The notes beneath the pieces are model-generated. The model was not told the DNA's origin, ran no database searches, and worked only from the letters and a program-made list of their open reading frames with translations. The position numbers and the translations under genes are program-made. DNA of 40,004 bases from an uncultured Lachnospiraceae bacterium (lineage in GTDB: Bacteria; Bacillota; Clostridia; Lachnospirales; Lachnospiraceae): contig CAMWXA010000001.1 of assembly GCA_947178035.1 (NCBI GenBank), forward strand, positions 1 through 40,004, written 5' to 3'. Positions 8,427 to 17,238 of the stretch are shown here, piece by piece (within the stretch, counting starts at the first letter, position 1; every line of letters starts with the position of its first letter).

Positions 8427-8933
8427 TTATTCTGTCTGCTTCTCAAGTACCATATGACATCTTGCCCACAGTTCATTTTTGTATGGAAAAACATTCTTTG
8501 TAATACTTTCTGCAAAAAAGCCCACCTTTTCATAGCAGTGTTTTGCAGCAATGTTCTCCTCAAACACATTTAACTGCACAAGTGACACATTCGTAATATA
8601 GAAAGCATACTGCAGCGCCAGGCGCAACATTTCCTCACCGCATCCGGCTCCTCTTTTTTGGTTATCAATGACAACAAATTTGAGAAATCCTGTGTTATCG
8701 TCGGTATTGACTGAGTAACAGAAGAAACCGAGCGGTTTGCCGTTGTCCTCTGTTGCCACATATGCGCTGTCCGTCCAGTCAACTGCATTTTTTTCCAAGA
8801 GTTTGTTAAGATTTTCATATGTGATGGGATAGGGTATCAGGTTGGCACACCACAGAGCGTGAATTTGTTCATTGTCAATCCATTGCGCTAAATAGCTGTA
8901 GTCCTTAACTGCTATGTATGGTCTGAGTCTCAT
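8427..8933 (-). CDS. GNAT family N-acetyltransferase
   Basis: KRGAGCG acetyl-CoA motif, VQLNVFEENIAAKHCYEKVGF. Confidence 0.9.
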   Translation of the reverse strand: MRLRPYIAVKDYSYLAQWIDNEQIHALWCANLIPYPITYENLNKLLEKNAVDWTDSAYVATEDNGKPLGFFCYSVNTDDNTGFLKFVVIDNQKRGAGCGEEMLRLALQYAFYITNVSLVQLNVFEENIAAKHCYEKVGFFAESITKNVFPYKNELWARCHMVLEKQTE

Positions 8934-8951
8934 ATGCTGGTTCCTCCGGTT

Positions 8952-9638
8952 TTATATGAGTGTCAGTAGTTCCCGCAGCGACTGGATCGTGTGCGTCTGC
9001 CCGTAATACAGGGTTGTGTCCGTCCGGTTGACGAGAACAGAGATGATCCCGATCTGGTTTGCTCCGACAATATCTTTCTGCTCGTCCCCGACATACATCA
9101 TTTCGTCCGGTGACACCTGCAGCGCTGTCATCAGCATTTGAAATCCTGTGCTGTTTGGCTTGCGGTATCCCACATCGACCGAAGTCAGCGTGACATCGAG
9201 TAAGTCGGAGAGCGAAGCGATATCCCGCAGGGAAAATCTGTTATCCATGCCGTAGGCAGCATCTGTCAGCACGCCGGTTTTGATTCCAGCCTGCCGCAGT
9301 GTGGTCAGGGTGTCAATCGTTTCAGGGTAGGGCTCTGCTTCTGCCTGGAAAAAGGAGTAAAAACCTGTTTTTAAAGTATCCATGTCAAGGCATAGCTGCC
9401 ATTTGTCCAAAATCTCACCGAAAATCGTATCAGAGGAAACTTCGCGTTCCCGGTAATTTACCCTTGTATTATATTTTAAGAGTGTTTCAATTGCGGCAGC
9501 AGTCATCTCTTCCGACAGGGAAATGCCGCAGCTGCGGGCAGCCTGTTCCAGCGCCGGGCGGTACAGTGCGCGCCAGTTTAAGGGATTGCGGTAGTTGATG
9601 AGCGTGTGTCCCACGTCAAATCCGATTGCTTTTATCAT
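8952..9638 (-). CDS. HAD-superfamily hydrolase
   Basis: Motif I IGFDVGHTL, RKP, and motif IV YVGDEQKDIVGA. Confidence 0.88.
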   Translation of the reverse strand: MIKAIGFDVGHTLINYRNPLNWRALYRPALEQAARSCGISLSEEMTAAAIETLLKYNTRVNYREREVSSDTIFGEILDKWQLCLDMDTLKTGFYSFFQAEAEPYPETIDTLTTLRQAGIKTGVLTDAAYGMDNRFSLRDIASLSDLLDVTLTSVDVGYRKPNSTGFQMLMTALQVSPDEMMYVGDEQKDIVGANQIGIISVLVNRTDTTLYYGQTHTIQSLRELLTLI

Positions 9639-9665
9639 CTGTTCTTCCTTTCAATAACTGCCATG

Positions 9666-9708
9666 GTTACTTTTCACACCTACGCCAAAGTAGTAGTGCC
9701 ATGCGGCA
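9666..9708. mobile_element. Isolated end (truncated copy) of the GTTAC-family MITE
   Basis: GTTACTTTTCACACCTACGCCAAAG is nearly identical to the inverted right end of the 16898-17056 element; similarity continues for about 45 bp. Confidence 0.7.
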
Positions 9709-9899
9709 TCAGGCGGTCTGACTTTATGATACAGTTCTTTTTTTACCATATTACAATAAAACTGATGAAATTGCCATATGGAATGTTCATTTGTCTAAAC
9801 TTCAGGTTGATTTTGCTAATTAAATCTTAAACTGATATGTATTGTAAATATAATTCATGCGGCCTAAAATATAGTTAGAAACTGTCAATAAATTACTTA

Positions 9900-10090
9900 G
9901 GAATTGTCAAAAATAACTTTTTAATTTGACGCCGTATAAATGTTCAGCTGCAAAGAAGATAATCGCAGGCGTAGGAGGCAAAGGCATAAAGGGCAATGCT
10001 TTACGTCAAGATTATCTGATGACGCAGATGAACATTTAGCCATGTCAGCCTTTGACAAGTCAAATTGATGAGTTATTTATTGACAGTTCC
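9900..10090. mobile_element. MITE (191 bp) with about 21-bp terminal inverted repeats and TTA target duplication
   Basis: TTA|GGAATTGTCAAAAATAACT...AGTTATTTATTGACAGTTCC|TTA. Nested internal inverted segments AATTTGAC/GTCAAATT, AAATGTTCA/TGAACATTT and AGATAATC/GATTATCT. An extra degenerate end TTA|GAAACTGTCAATAAAT sits at 9875-9893. Confidence 0.75.
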
Positions 10091-10163
10091 TTACGACAAG
10101 GACTTGTCAGATGCTGGCATGGCGGAATGCCCATCTGCAGCTTTGAACAGATTGGAGAATGAA

Positions 10164-11963
10164 ATGATTGATGTAGTAAAAATTGGAAAAAGGATTGCGT
10201 CCCTGCGGAAGGAGCGGGGATATACAGGAGAACAGCTCGCAGAGCGGCTGCAGGTGAGTCCGCAGGCCGTCTCAAAATGGGAAAACGCCAAATGTCTGCC
10301 GGAGACAGCGATTCTTCCCGCTCTGGCAGAAGCGCTTCACTGCAGTATTGACAGTCTGTTGCTGCCAAGAGAATTATTTATCCTTGAGGCAGTCTATACA
10401 GACGGGCAGACACAGATTCCAGTGACAGCGTTTGTGAATGCACTCGTCCGTGACAATACGCTGAACATTTGTGTAAACGAGATGTTTATGGGAGTCTCTC
10501 TCGAGAGCGACCGCCTGAAAATGCTGACGGTAAAATACCAGACGTCGAAAGGAATTTATTTCTGCTATGCACTGCAAAATGAAAACCTGATTTTAAATAA
10601 GGAAAGCACAGATTATGCAGGCGGCAAAGCATTTGAACTGCTCGGCGCGTATTATGGAAACGAGAAGGAGTATTCCTCTGTCCTGCATAAGATGGAGCAC
10701 TATGAATATTTCAAGTGGGATCGGATTGTGGTGAACCACGAATCCTTTCCGAGCAATTCTGCCAGCGACGATATGGAGTACCTGACCTTGATTTATCTGA
10801 ACGGGGACGGGATTCATGCCATCAGCTGTCCGGAAAATGATGTTATTTACTATGAGAACCATCGCACACAGCTCACGCTCAGGCAGCATTCCAAATGTAT
10901 TCTGAAAAATGTCATGCGCCTGAACTGGGAGGAGGGGATGGAGTGTCCGTGGGCAGGTGCACTCTATGCTGCCCTTCAATACATGGGCGGACCGTACACA
11001 TATCATCAGCTGATGGGGATGAGCGGCGCATGTTATCGGATCTGTTTTGTCGATGTATGGGATTACAGCTGCACAGACGCCCTTGTCGCGTTTGACTATG
11101 CGACGCCGCTGTTTAGAGCCATCGGATACGCATTCCGCATGGCAGACCGGCTGGAGAAACAGGCGAGAAAAGCAGAGCGTCTGGCAGTCATGGAGGACAT
11201 TCAAATCGGCAAGCCAGTGCTGGCGATCAATCTGCGCGTTGCACCGGAGTGGGGCGTCATAACAGGCTATACCGACCAGGGGAGCCGGTTTCTGTGCCGC
11301 ACATACTTTGACAAGGAAATCTTTGACCAATTGGAGCAGGAAGACTGTCCGAATATGGAGGATAGGCGGATTGTCTTTGAGGAGAACGAGGGATATCTTT
11401 TCAGTGACGCATGGCCCTTTTTAATCATACATTTCGGTGAAAAAGTTGATACACCGCCGCCGGGAGAGATTCTGCGAACTTCGCTTGCCACACTGGCTGA
11501 CTCCTTTCGGGCCGGGCAGTGCCGTGGTTATTATCAGGGAAGGGAGGCTTATGAGGCGTGGATAAAAGGGCTTTCGCAGGAAGAAGATTTCAGGCTTGAG
11601 CGCGACAGGGAAAATGTCATGAGGCGGCTGAATGTCAACGACAGTATGCTGTGCAGTCTCATGGATGCACGGCGGGCAGCAGCTTCCTATCTGCGTGAGA
11701 GTTGTTCCCTGCTCACAGAAAAGGAGCAGGAGCATCTGGCAAAAATAGCAGAGAACGAGCAGTCAATCGCTGATATGGTTTCTGCGTTTCGGGACAAGAT
11801 ATGCAGACCGGCTGGCTGTGCGATTTCCTATAATACAGTAAAGACGTTTGGCGCATCGACTCCGCAGCTCCGCAGGGAGCAGATCGGTCTGCTGGAGAAG
11901 GCTCTTGTTCTGGAGGAAGAAAACTGCAGGCTCGCGGAATTGATTCTGGAAAGGATGGATTAG
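10164..11963 (+). CDS. XRE-family regulator fused to two tandem DUF3395/lectin-like repeats and a C39/BtrH-like domain
   Basis: HTH IGKRIASLRKERGYT...VSPQAVSKWE. The start is reset to MIDVVK because the ORF-track start lies inside the MITE. The C-terminal domain assignments are by eye. Confidence 0.7.
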   Translation: MIDVVKIGKRIASLRKERGYTGEQLAERLQVSPQAVSKWENAKCLPETAILPALAEALHCSIDSLLLPRELFILEAVYTDGQTQIPVTAFVNALVRDNTLNICVNEMFMGVSLESDRLKMLTVKYQTSKGIYFCYALQNENLILNKESTDYAGGKAFELLGAYYGNEKEYSSVLHKMEHYEYFKWDRIVVNHESFPSNSASDDMEYLTLIYLNGDGIHAISCPENDVIYYENHRTQLTLRQHSKCILKNVMRLNWEEGMECPWAGALYAALQYMGGPYTYHQLMGMSGACYRICFVDVWDYSCTDALVAFDYATPLFRAIGYAFRMADRLEKQARKAERLAVMEDIQIGKPVLAINLRVAPEWGVITGYTDQGSRFLCRTYFDKEIFDQLEQEDCPNMEDRRIVFEENEGYLFSDAWPFLIIHFGEKVDTPPPGEILRTSLATLADSFRAGQCRGYYQGREAYEAWIKGLSQEEDFRLERDRENVMRRLNVNDSMLCSLMDARRAAASYLRESCSLLTEKEQEHLAKIAENEQSIADMVSAFRDKICRPAGCAISYNTVKTFGASTPQLRREQIGLLEKALVLEEENCRLAELILERMD

Positions 11964-12073
11964 TGGAATGATCTTTGCACGCAATACGATTGAGCCGTTT
12001 CAGCGGGTGTGTATGAAAGATGGGCGCATCGGATGATCTGTATAAAAGTGCAAAAAAGCTGGGAGGAAGGAAT

Positions 12074-12565
12074 ATGGACGGAAAATTGAGAAACATGGCA
12101 TCGGTGTACATAACAGATGCCGACAAAATGCTGCTGCTTTTCAGGCAGGGCGGCCGGGTGGTGAACGATGTATGGGTTGGTTCTGCGGGAGGCCATTTTG
12201 AGGAGCATGAGCTGAACGATGCGAGAGCCTGTGTGCTGCGGGAGCTGGAGGAGGAGCTTGGAATCGGGGAACAGGATATTCATGATCTGTCATTGCGGTA
12301 TATCACTTTGCGCAGGTCCAAGGGAGAAATCCGGCAGAACTATTATTTTTTTGCCGCGTTAAATCAAGGGGTGGACGCGAATCTTGCATCAAATGAAGGG
12401 ATCAGTAAGTGGTTTGATTTTTCAGAGTTGTCATCTCTGGAAATGGCCTATACCTCCCAATTTGTGATAGAGCACTATCTGAAAATCGGACGTGAAACAA
12501 AGGAAATCTATGTGGGAGCAGCGGACGGAGAGAAAGTGGTATTTATTTCAATACCGGAATTTTAA
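12074..12565 (+). CDS. NUDIX hydrolase
   Basis: Nudix box GGHFEEHELNDARACVLRELEEELG; GGAGG RBS before MDGKLR. Confidence 0.88.
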   Translation: MDGKLRNMASVYITDADKMLLLFRQGGRVVNDVWVGSAGGHFEEHELNDARACVLRELEEELGIGEQDIHDLSLRYITLRRSKGEIRQNYYFFAALNQGVDANLASNEGISKWFDFSELSSLEMAYTSQFVIEHYLKIGRETKEIYVGAADGEKVVFISIPEF

Positions 12566-12691
12566 GCAGTGTTTTCAGTGCTTTCTATTCAGATGGAGCT
12601 GTCTGTCCTGGGACAAATCTGTGCAAACGGGGACAGGACTTTCCCGGTACAACCAGTTATAATCATAATATGCAAGGGAGGATTGAGCAAA

Positions 12692-13582
12692 GTGTCAATA
12701 CAGCAGATTCAGCAGGCAATCAACTATATGGAGGAGCATATCTGTGAGGATATCAATTATGTTGACGTGGCAAGGAATGTACATATGTCAAGCTACAATT
12801 TTCACCGGACATTCAGTTTTGTCACCGGAATGACCGCCAACGAATATCTCAGAAGCAGGCGTCTCACACTGGCAGCACAGGAGCTTCAGTCGACAGACCT
12901 GTCAGTGACGGATGCGGCATACAAGTATGGCTATGAAACTCCAGAAAGCTTCTCCAAAGCCTTTTCGCGGTTCCACGGTTCGACGCCGAGACAGGCGAAG
13001 CATAAAGGCGCGAAGCTTCACCTGTTCAATCCTCTCGTGATAAAAATCATATTGGAAGGTGGCAGTATTATGGACTACAGAATGGAACACAGGGAACAAC
13101 AGCAGTTTATCGCATTGGTGAGGGCATTTCCAAACGAGAGTGTCAATGATGACAATGACCACAGCATTCCCGATTTCTGGACGGAGTGTGATGAGAAGAA
13201 TCTGATGCAGCCGATGAAGCAGCTCCGCGCGGAGGGGAAAAGGGATCTGTACGGTCTGTGCAGTCCTGCGAGGGACAGCGAGACACACTTCAATTATGGA
13301 ATTGGTGTTCGTGTCGATGATGATACCGACATGGCAGGCGTGCAGCGTTTGGTCGATAACGGTTATACCATGTGGAAGACAGAACCGGCGGACTATGCAG
13401 TATTTAAGTGCTATGGTGCTGACGGCGACTGTCTGGGCGAGACATGGAGTAAGTTTTTTAAAGAATTTGTCCCACAGACCGGATATGTGCAGACAGACGA
13501 TACGGACTATGAGATTTATTTTGAGAAGGGGGAGAGCGGTCTGTTTTGCGAGCTGTGGGTTCCGGTCAGGAAGTCTGAATAA
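12692..13582 (+). CDS. AraC-family regulator with C-terminal GyrI-like effector-binding domain
   Basis: IQQAINYMEEH...EYLRSRRLTLAA...YGYETPESFSKAFSRFHG, C-terminal DYEIY...CELWVPV. GTG start after GGGAGG. Confidence 0.9.
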   Translation: MSIQQIQQAINYMEEHICEDINYVDVARNVHMSSYNFHRTFSFVTGMTANEYLRSRRLTLAAQELQSTDLSVTDAAYKYGYETPESFSKAFSRFHGSTPRQAKHKGAKLHLFNPLVIKIILEGGSIMDYRMEHREQQQFIALVRAFPNESVNDDNDHSIPDFWTECDEKNLMQPMKQLRAEGKRDLYGLCSPARDSETHFNYGIGVRVDDDTDMAGVQRLVDNGYTMWKTEPADYAVFKCYGADGDCLGETWSKFFKEFVPQTGYVQTDDTDYEIYFEKGESGLFCELWVPVRKSE

Positions 13583-13599
13583 ACAGGAAGCAGCAGTAC

Positions 13600-13794
13600 A
13601 ATTGTCTGAACCGCTGTAAATATTGTGCACAGAAAACTTTCATTGCAGAATGCGTGCGTGTGGGTTACAGCCGCCCGCGGCGCTTTGGGAAATTGGACAC
13701 AGAACACATGTTTTCAATATATTTCAGCAAGGGTGCTGATTCGAGAGAGCCGTTTGAGCCGTTGAAGTGTATTCTGAACGCACGGAAAAAATAA
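13600..13794 (+). pseudogene. N-terminal remnant of an AAA-ATPase-like protein (the family usually fused to a PD-(D/E)XK nuclease)
   Basis: Unannotated frame ...QKTFIAECVRVGYSRPRRFGKLDTEHMFSIYFSKGADSREPFEPLK...*. SRPRRFGK(S) is the Walker A of this family, and YFSKGADSRE.F follows the family pattern. No start codon. Confidence 0.75.
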
Positions 13795-13944
13795 AATTAT
13801 GAAAACATGTTATGAAATGTACAATTTCTATTAAGTGGTTGAGTTCATAAAATTTTTATGTTATGATAGTTATCCCAGCAGGTTTTATATAAGTTTACAG
13901 AAACAATTGTTTTTAATTTAGGTTTGCAAACATTAGAGGCAGTT

Positions 13945-15348
13945 ATGACAAAAAAAGCTTTTAAATATGATATGCAGCGTGGCCTGGGAAGCTGCACTGC
14001 AGCGTTGAAGAACATGCAGGATGCGGAGAAAGAAACCTTTCTGCCGCTTGTCCTGTGGGGATGTTCGCGCGATATGGCGTTCGATGCGCAGTGTGAAGGG
14101 TGCAGGAGTGTTTATCTGTATGAGCTGATTTCTGAGTTTCCAGATAAGGCACCTTTTATGGATGTGATAGAGAAGCGGCTGTTTCATGGTATCCATTCAA
14201 GCGGCTGGGAGTTTCAGCAGGACTGTGAACTTCTGGCGTATTTTGTGTCGGATGGAGTCAAACGGGCCTGGAAGATATTGACGGCCTGTTATCGTTTTTT
14301 ACTGGTCTCACTGGATGAGTACGACCCTGATCAGAATCGTCTGTTTTCGGAGAGGGACAATTTTCAATCACTGTGCGTTACTTTGGTGAGTCTGTGCTTT
14401 GACGACCGCAGAAAAAGAGAAAAAATTTATCAGAAGATTGTCAGGGATTTGTGTATTTTGGGCGAAGAGAATCCATTGCTTACGGTTGAGTATTTTGACT
14501 GGTTCCAGCATGTTAGTGAGAAATGTCTAGGGAAAAGAACAATACATAAACTGCTGTATTGCGCTGACGCAGAGGATTACATGAAAACATATGCGCGCTT
14601 GCTGGAAGAATGTCAAAATATGAGGGCAGAGTGGAGGAAACAGAAAAGAGAAGAGCCGGAAACGGCAGAGGAACTCTATCGGCTGTTGAAAACCGGTAAG
14701 AAGCCAGGAAAAGAGTGGCCCCTGCTGCTGGCATGTGGGTGGATGAAGCGGAATAAGGAGCAGGAGGTCGTGCGGCTTGCTGCGTACTATAAAGATGAAA
14801 AGGGATGGGATATCCGCTGTCAAATCCTGCGGATGCTGGCAAAAAAGGAATGTGCCTGGACATTGGATCTGCCACAGCTGCTTGCAGATTCCAGGTCAGA
14901 ACATTCTGAGCTTTCCGAGTGGGCTTTTACTGCTTTGCGTTACAGGAGAGACACGAAAGTGCGGGCGTATGCATTAGAACTTTTGCAAAAAGGAACACAT
15001 ACTGATGAGGCAGTATCCATGCTGGCAAAAAATTATGCGGCCTGCGATAAGGAGATTTTCGCAGATGCAGTAAAGCAGATACCAATAACATATTGGGATA
15101 CTGGGTGGCATGGGGTCTTTAGCGACATCATAGACTTTTTTGAGGAGCCGGGAAAAGGCAGGCCCAATGAATTATTGTTTTACATGTATCAAAATACATT
15201 GTGTTCTTTTTGCAGAGAGTATATTGTCAAACAAATGGGACGCAGGCGGATGATCACATGCGAACTGCTCGAAGAGATGCAGTATGACTGCAATGAAAAG
15301 ATCAGAATGTATGCTCGCAGGAAGTTATCTTGCATACATTCTGATTAA
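13945..15348 (+). CDS. Hypothetical alpha-helical (HEAT-like) protein
   Basis: Long ORF with an AGAGG RBS before MTKKAF. Conserved-looking RGLGSC, DAQCEG.R..YLY and CSFCRE segments. Confidence 0.7.
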   Translation: MTKKAFKYDMQRGLGSCTAALKNMQDAEKETFLPLVLWGCSRDMAFDAQCEGCRSVYLYELISEFPDKAPFMDVIEKRLFHGIHSSGWEFQQDCELLAYFVSDGVKRAWKILTACYRFLLVSLDEYDPDQNRLFSERDNFQSLCVTLVSLCFDDRRKREKIYQKIVRDLCILGEENPLLTVEYFDWFQHVSEKCLGKRTIHKLLYCADAEDYMKTYARLLEECQNMRAEWRKQKREEPETAEELYRLLKTGKKPGKEWPLLLACGWMKRNKEQEVVRLAAYYKDEKGWDIRCQILRMLAKKECAWTLDLPQLLADSRSEHSELSEWAFTALRYRRDTKVRAYALELLQKGTHTDEAVSMLAKNYAACDKEIFADAVKQIPITYWDTGWHGVFSDIIDFFEEPGKGRPNELLFYMYQNTLCSFCREYIVKQMGRRRMITCELLEEMQYDCNEKIRMYARRKLSCIHSD

Positions 15349-15450
15349 AAACTTTTGATACAAAGGCTGGATATGGTTGCTGCGCACAGGCCAGGAATGC
15401 GCTGCGTACGAACGAAGCTCGTATTGCAGTTTTTGTATGGATTTTTGCCT

Positions 15451-15476
15451 GTTACTGGAACGGAGTGAACAGTAAC
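15451..15476. repeat. Short REP-like GTTAC...GTAAC palindrome
   Basis: GTTACTG-gaacggagtgaa-CAGTAAC shares the GTGAAnAGTAAC end with the 16898-17056 element. No flanking duplication. Confidence 0.6.
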
Positions 15477-15557
15477 GGGATATGCGAAAAATTTTGTATT
15501 CTGTGTAGAGAAAGATGAATTTATCGATTTGGCAATTTGCAATACAGCGGAGAAACT

Positions 15558-16850
15558 ATGAAAAAGAAGATATGTATTACTTTGATAGAAATGATTGCGG
15601 CGGTAACATTAATTTGTGGGTGCGCTGGCAAACAGGATGCGGAGGAGCCGCAGGAGAGTGAAAGCAGTGTTTCAATAGAAACAGATGCAGAAGAACCGTC
15701 TGAGACTGTGACAGATGACACTGCAGATCGGACGGTTGCGCCTGATCTGAACCACAATGGTGTCACTGAGGAAGTGCGTCTGACAGATATCGATGACGGA
15801 CAGGGGCAGCGGTTGGAAATTTGGGAAAACGATGTATTGATCGACATTGAAGAGGGGTATTCTGCGCATGTGGGCTGGAGCAGCATATTTGTGTGTACGC
15901 TGGATGGAGAGGACTATCTGCTGCGTTATCACCCGAGGATGTTTCAGGGTGTCTGCACGTATGATTATTCGCTGTCTGTGCTGACAGATAATAAGGAGAC
16001 TGTCATACAGAAGAATATAGTTGAGTTTGATATCAATTTTGGTTCACCTGTCTATTATAATGATTTCGATGCGGAGGCAATTGCCGCTTTTATGGAGGAA
16101 ATCAATGATTTGCTCTCCCACAGTGTCCAGCTGCTCAATACGGACAGCGACTTAATACAAACCTTTGAGAAAGAAGGGCGGCTTTATGACAGTCTGTGGT
16201 GGCTGGATAACTGGGAGCCGGTGTTTGTCAGGGATGAGAGCAGGTCACTGCTGGAGAACTTAAAGGACTTTCAGACTGCGATGACAGCGGTTCAGGAGCC
16301 GGTGGTTCTGGAGGAAGTGGACAGTCTTCCCATCACCGAACCTATGGAGATGGCATTCTACAGCGGTGCAGGGGCGTGGATGACCAACATAACCCTGAAC
16401 CCGGATGGCAGTTTTGTGGGGGATTACGCTGATGCTAACAGCGATACGATATATGTCTGTCAGTTTCATGGACAGTTTGGAAAGGTAGGAAAGCTATCCG
16501 ACAATTCCTGGCTATTGACGCTGGAAGAGCTGGAGCTTGACACCGGACATAGTGTGGGGGAAGAATGGGATGTGACAGAGGACGGTTATACAATCCACTA
16601 TATTTCCAGCGATCCATATGGCTTTGACGGCGAGGACTGGGCAGCCCTGGAACCGGGGGCGCAGTTTATCCTTTACAGCCCAGATGCCACGGGACATGAG
16701 CCCGGAACGGAGTTGTACGGTGCGGTGGAGTTTCAATCCTGGATGCATGACCATCACGGATTTGACAGTGAGGACGATATTCTGGGCTGCTGGGGACTGC
16801 AGAATCTGGAGACAGGGCGCGGCTTCTTTGCGGATTCCGATGTACAGTGA
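15558..16850 (+). CDS. Acidic lipoprotein of unknown function
   Basis: MKKK, hydrophobic stretch, lipobox-like ICGC; low-complexity acidic linker; DLNHNG Ca-binding-like loop; FYSGAGAW domain. Confidence 0.72.
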   Translation: MKKKICITLIEMIAAVTLICGCAGKQDAEEPQESESSVSIETDAEEPSETVTDDTADRTVAPDLNHNGVTEEVRLTDIDDGQGQRLEIWENDVLIDIEEGYSAHVGWSSIFVCTLDGEDYLLRYHPRMFQGVCTYDYSLSVLTDNKETVIQKNIVEFDINFGSPVYYNDFDAEAIAAFMEEINDLLSHSVQLLNTDSDLIQTFEKEGRLYDSLWWLDNWEPVFVRDESRSLLENLKDFQTAMTAVQEPVVLEEVDSLPITEPMEMAFYSGAGAWMTNITLNPDGSFVGDYADANSDTIYVCQFHGQFGKVGKLSDNSWLLTLEELELDTGHSVGEEWDVTEDGYTIHYISSDPYGFDGEDWAALEPGAQFILYSPDATGHEPGTELYGAVEFQSWMHDHHGFDSEDDILGCWGLQNLETGRGFFADSDVQ

Positions 16851-16897
16851 ATGGTATCCGCCCCGGGATATCAGAACAGTAACGGCCTGTCCTTGCA

Positions 16898-17056
16898 GTT
16901 ACAATTCACACCTACGCCAATTTTTATCAGCTTATAAGTTATTGAGGTGTGAATCATAACACATTTTGCACACAAATTGATGAAGCGAAAAAAGCTGACG
17001 CTTTTTTCAATTTGTCGCATGATTTCCGCTGCTTTGGCGTGGGTGTGAAAAGTAAC
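16898..17056. mobile_element. MITE (159 bp) with 23-bp terminal inverted repeats and perfect 8-bp target-site duplication
   Basis: TCCTTGCA|GTTACAATTCACACCTACGCCAA...TTGGCGTGGGTGTGAAAAGTAAC|TCCTTGCA. Duplication at 16890-16897 and 17057-17064. No coding capacity. Confidence 0.88.
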
Positions 17057-17238
17057 TCCTTGCATGCAATACGAATGCTTCAATTGTCTCATTGTCTCTT
17101 GACATATTAAATTTGATTTATATAATATTATTTGGGGAAATAATAGGTAAATGTAGCAACACATGCAGAAAATTATTTTCACAGCTTTAAAAATATGGCA
17201 ATTAATTAACAAAAATTTATATTTGGAGGTTCTATTTC

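Noticed and set aside
10065-10163. N-terminal extension of the XRE fusion protein given by the ORF track
   Set aside because: It begins inside the MITE; the HTH and a GGAG RBS indicate a start at 10164.
13613-13728. Imperfect inverted repeat GCTGTAAATATTG/CAATATATTTCAGC as another MITE
   Set aside because: No target duplication, and the interval is better explained as an AAA-ATPase coding remnant.
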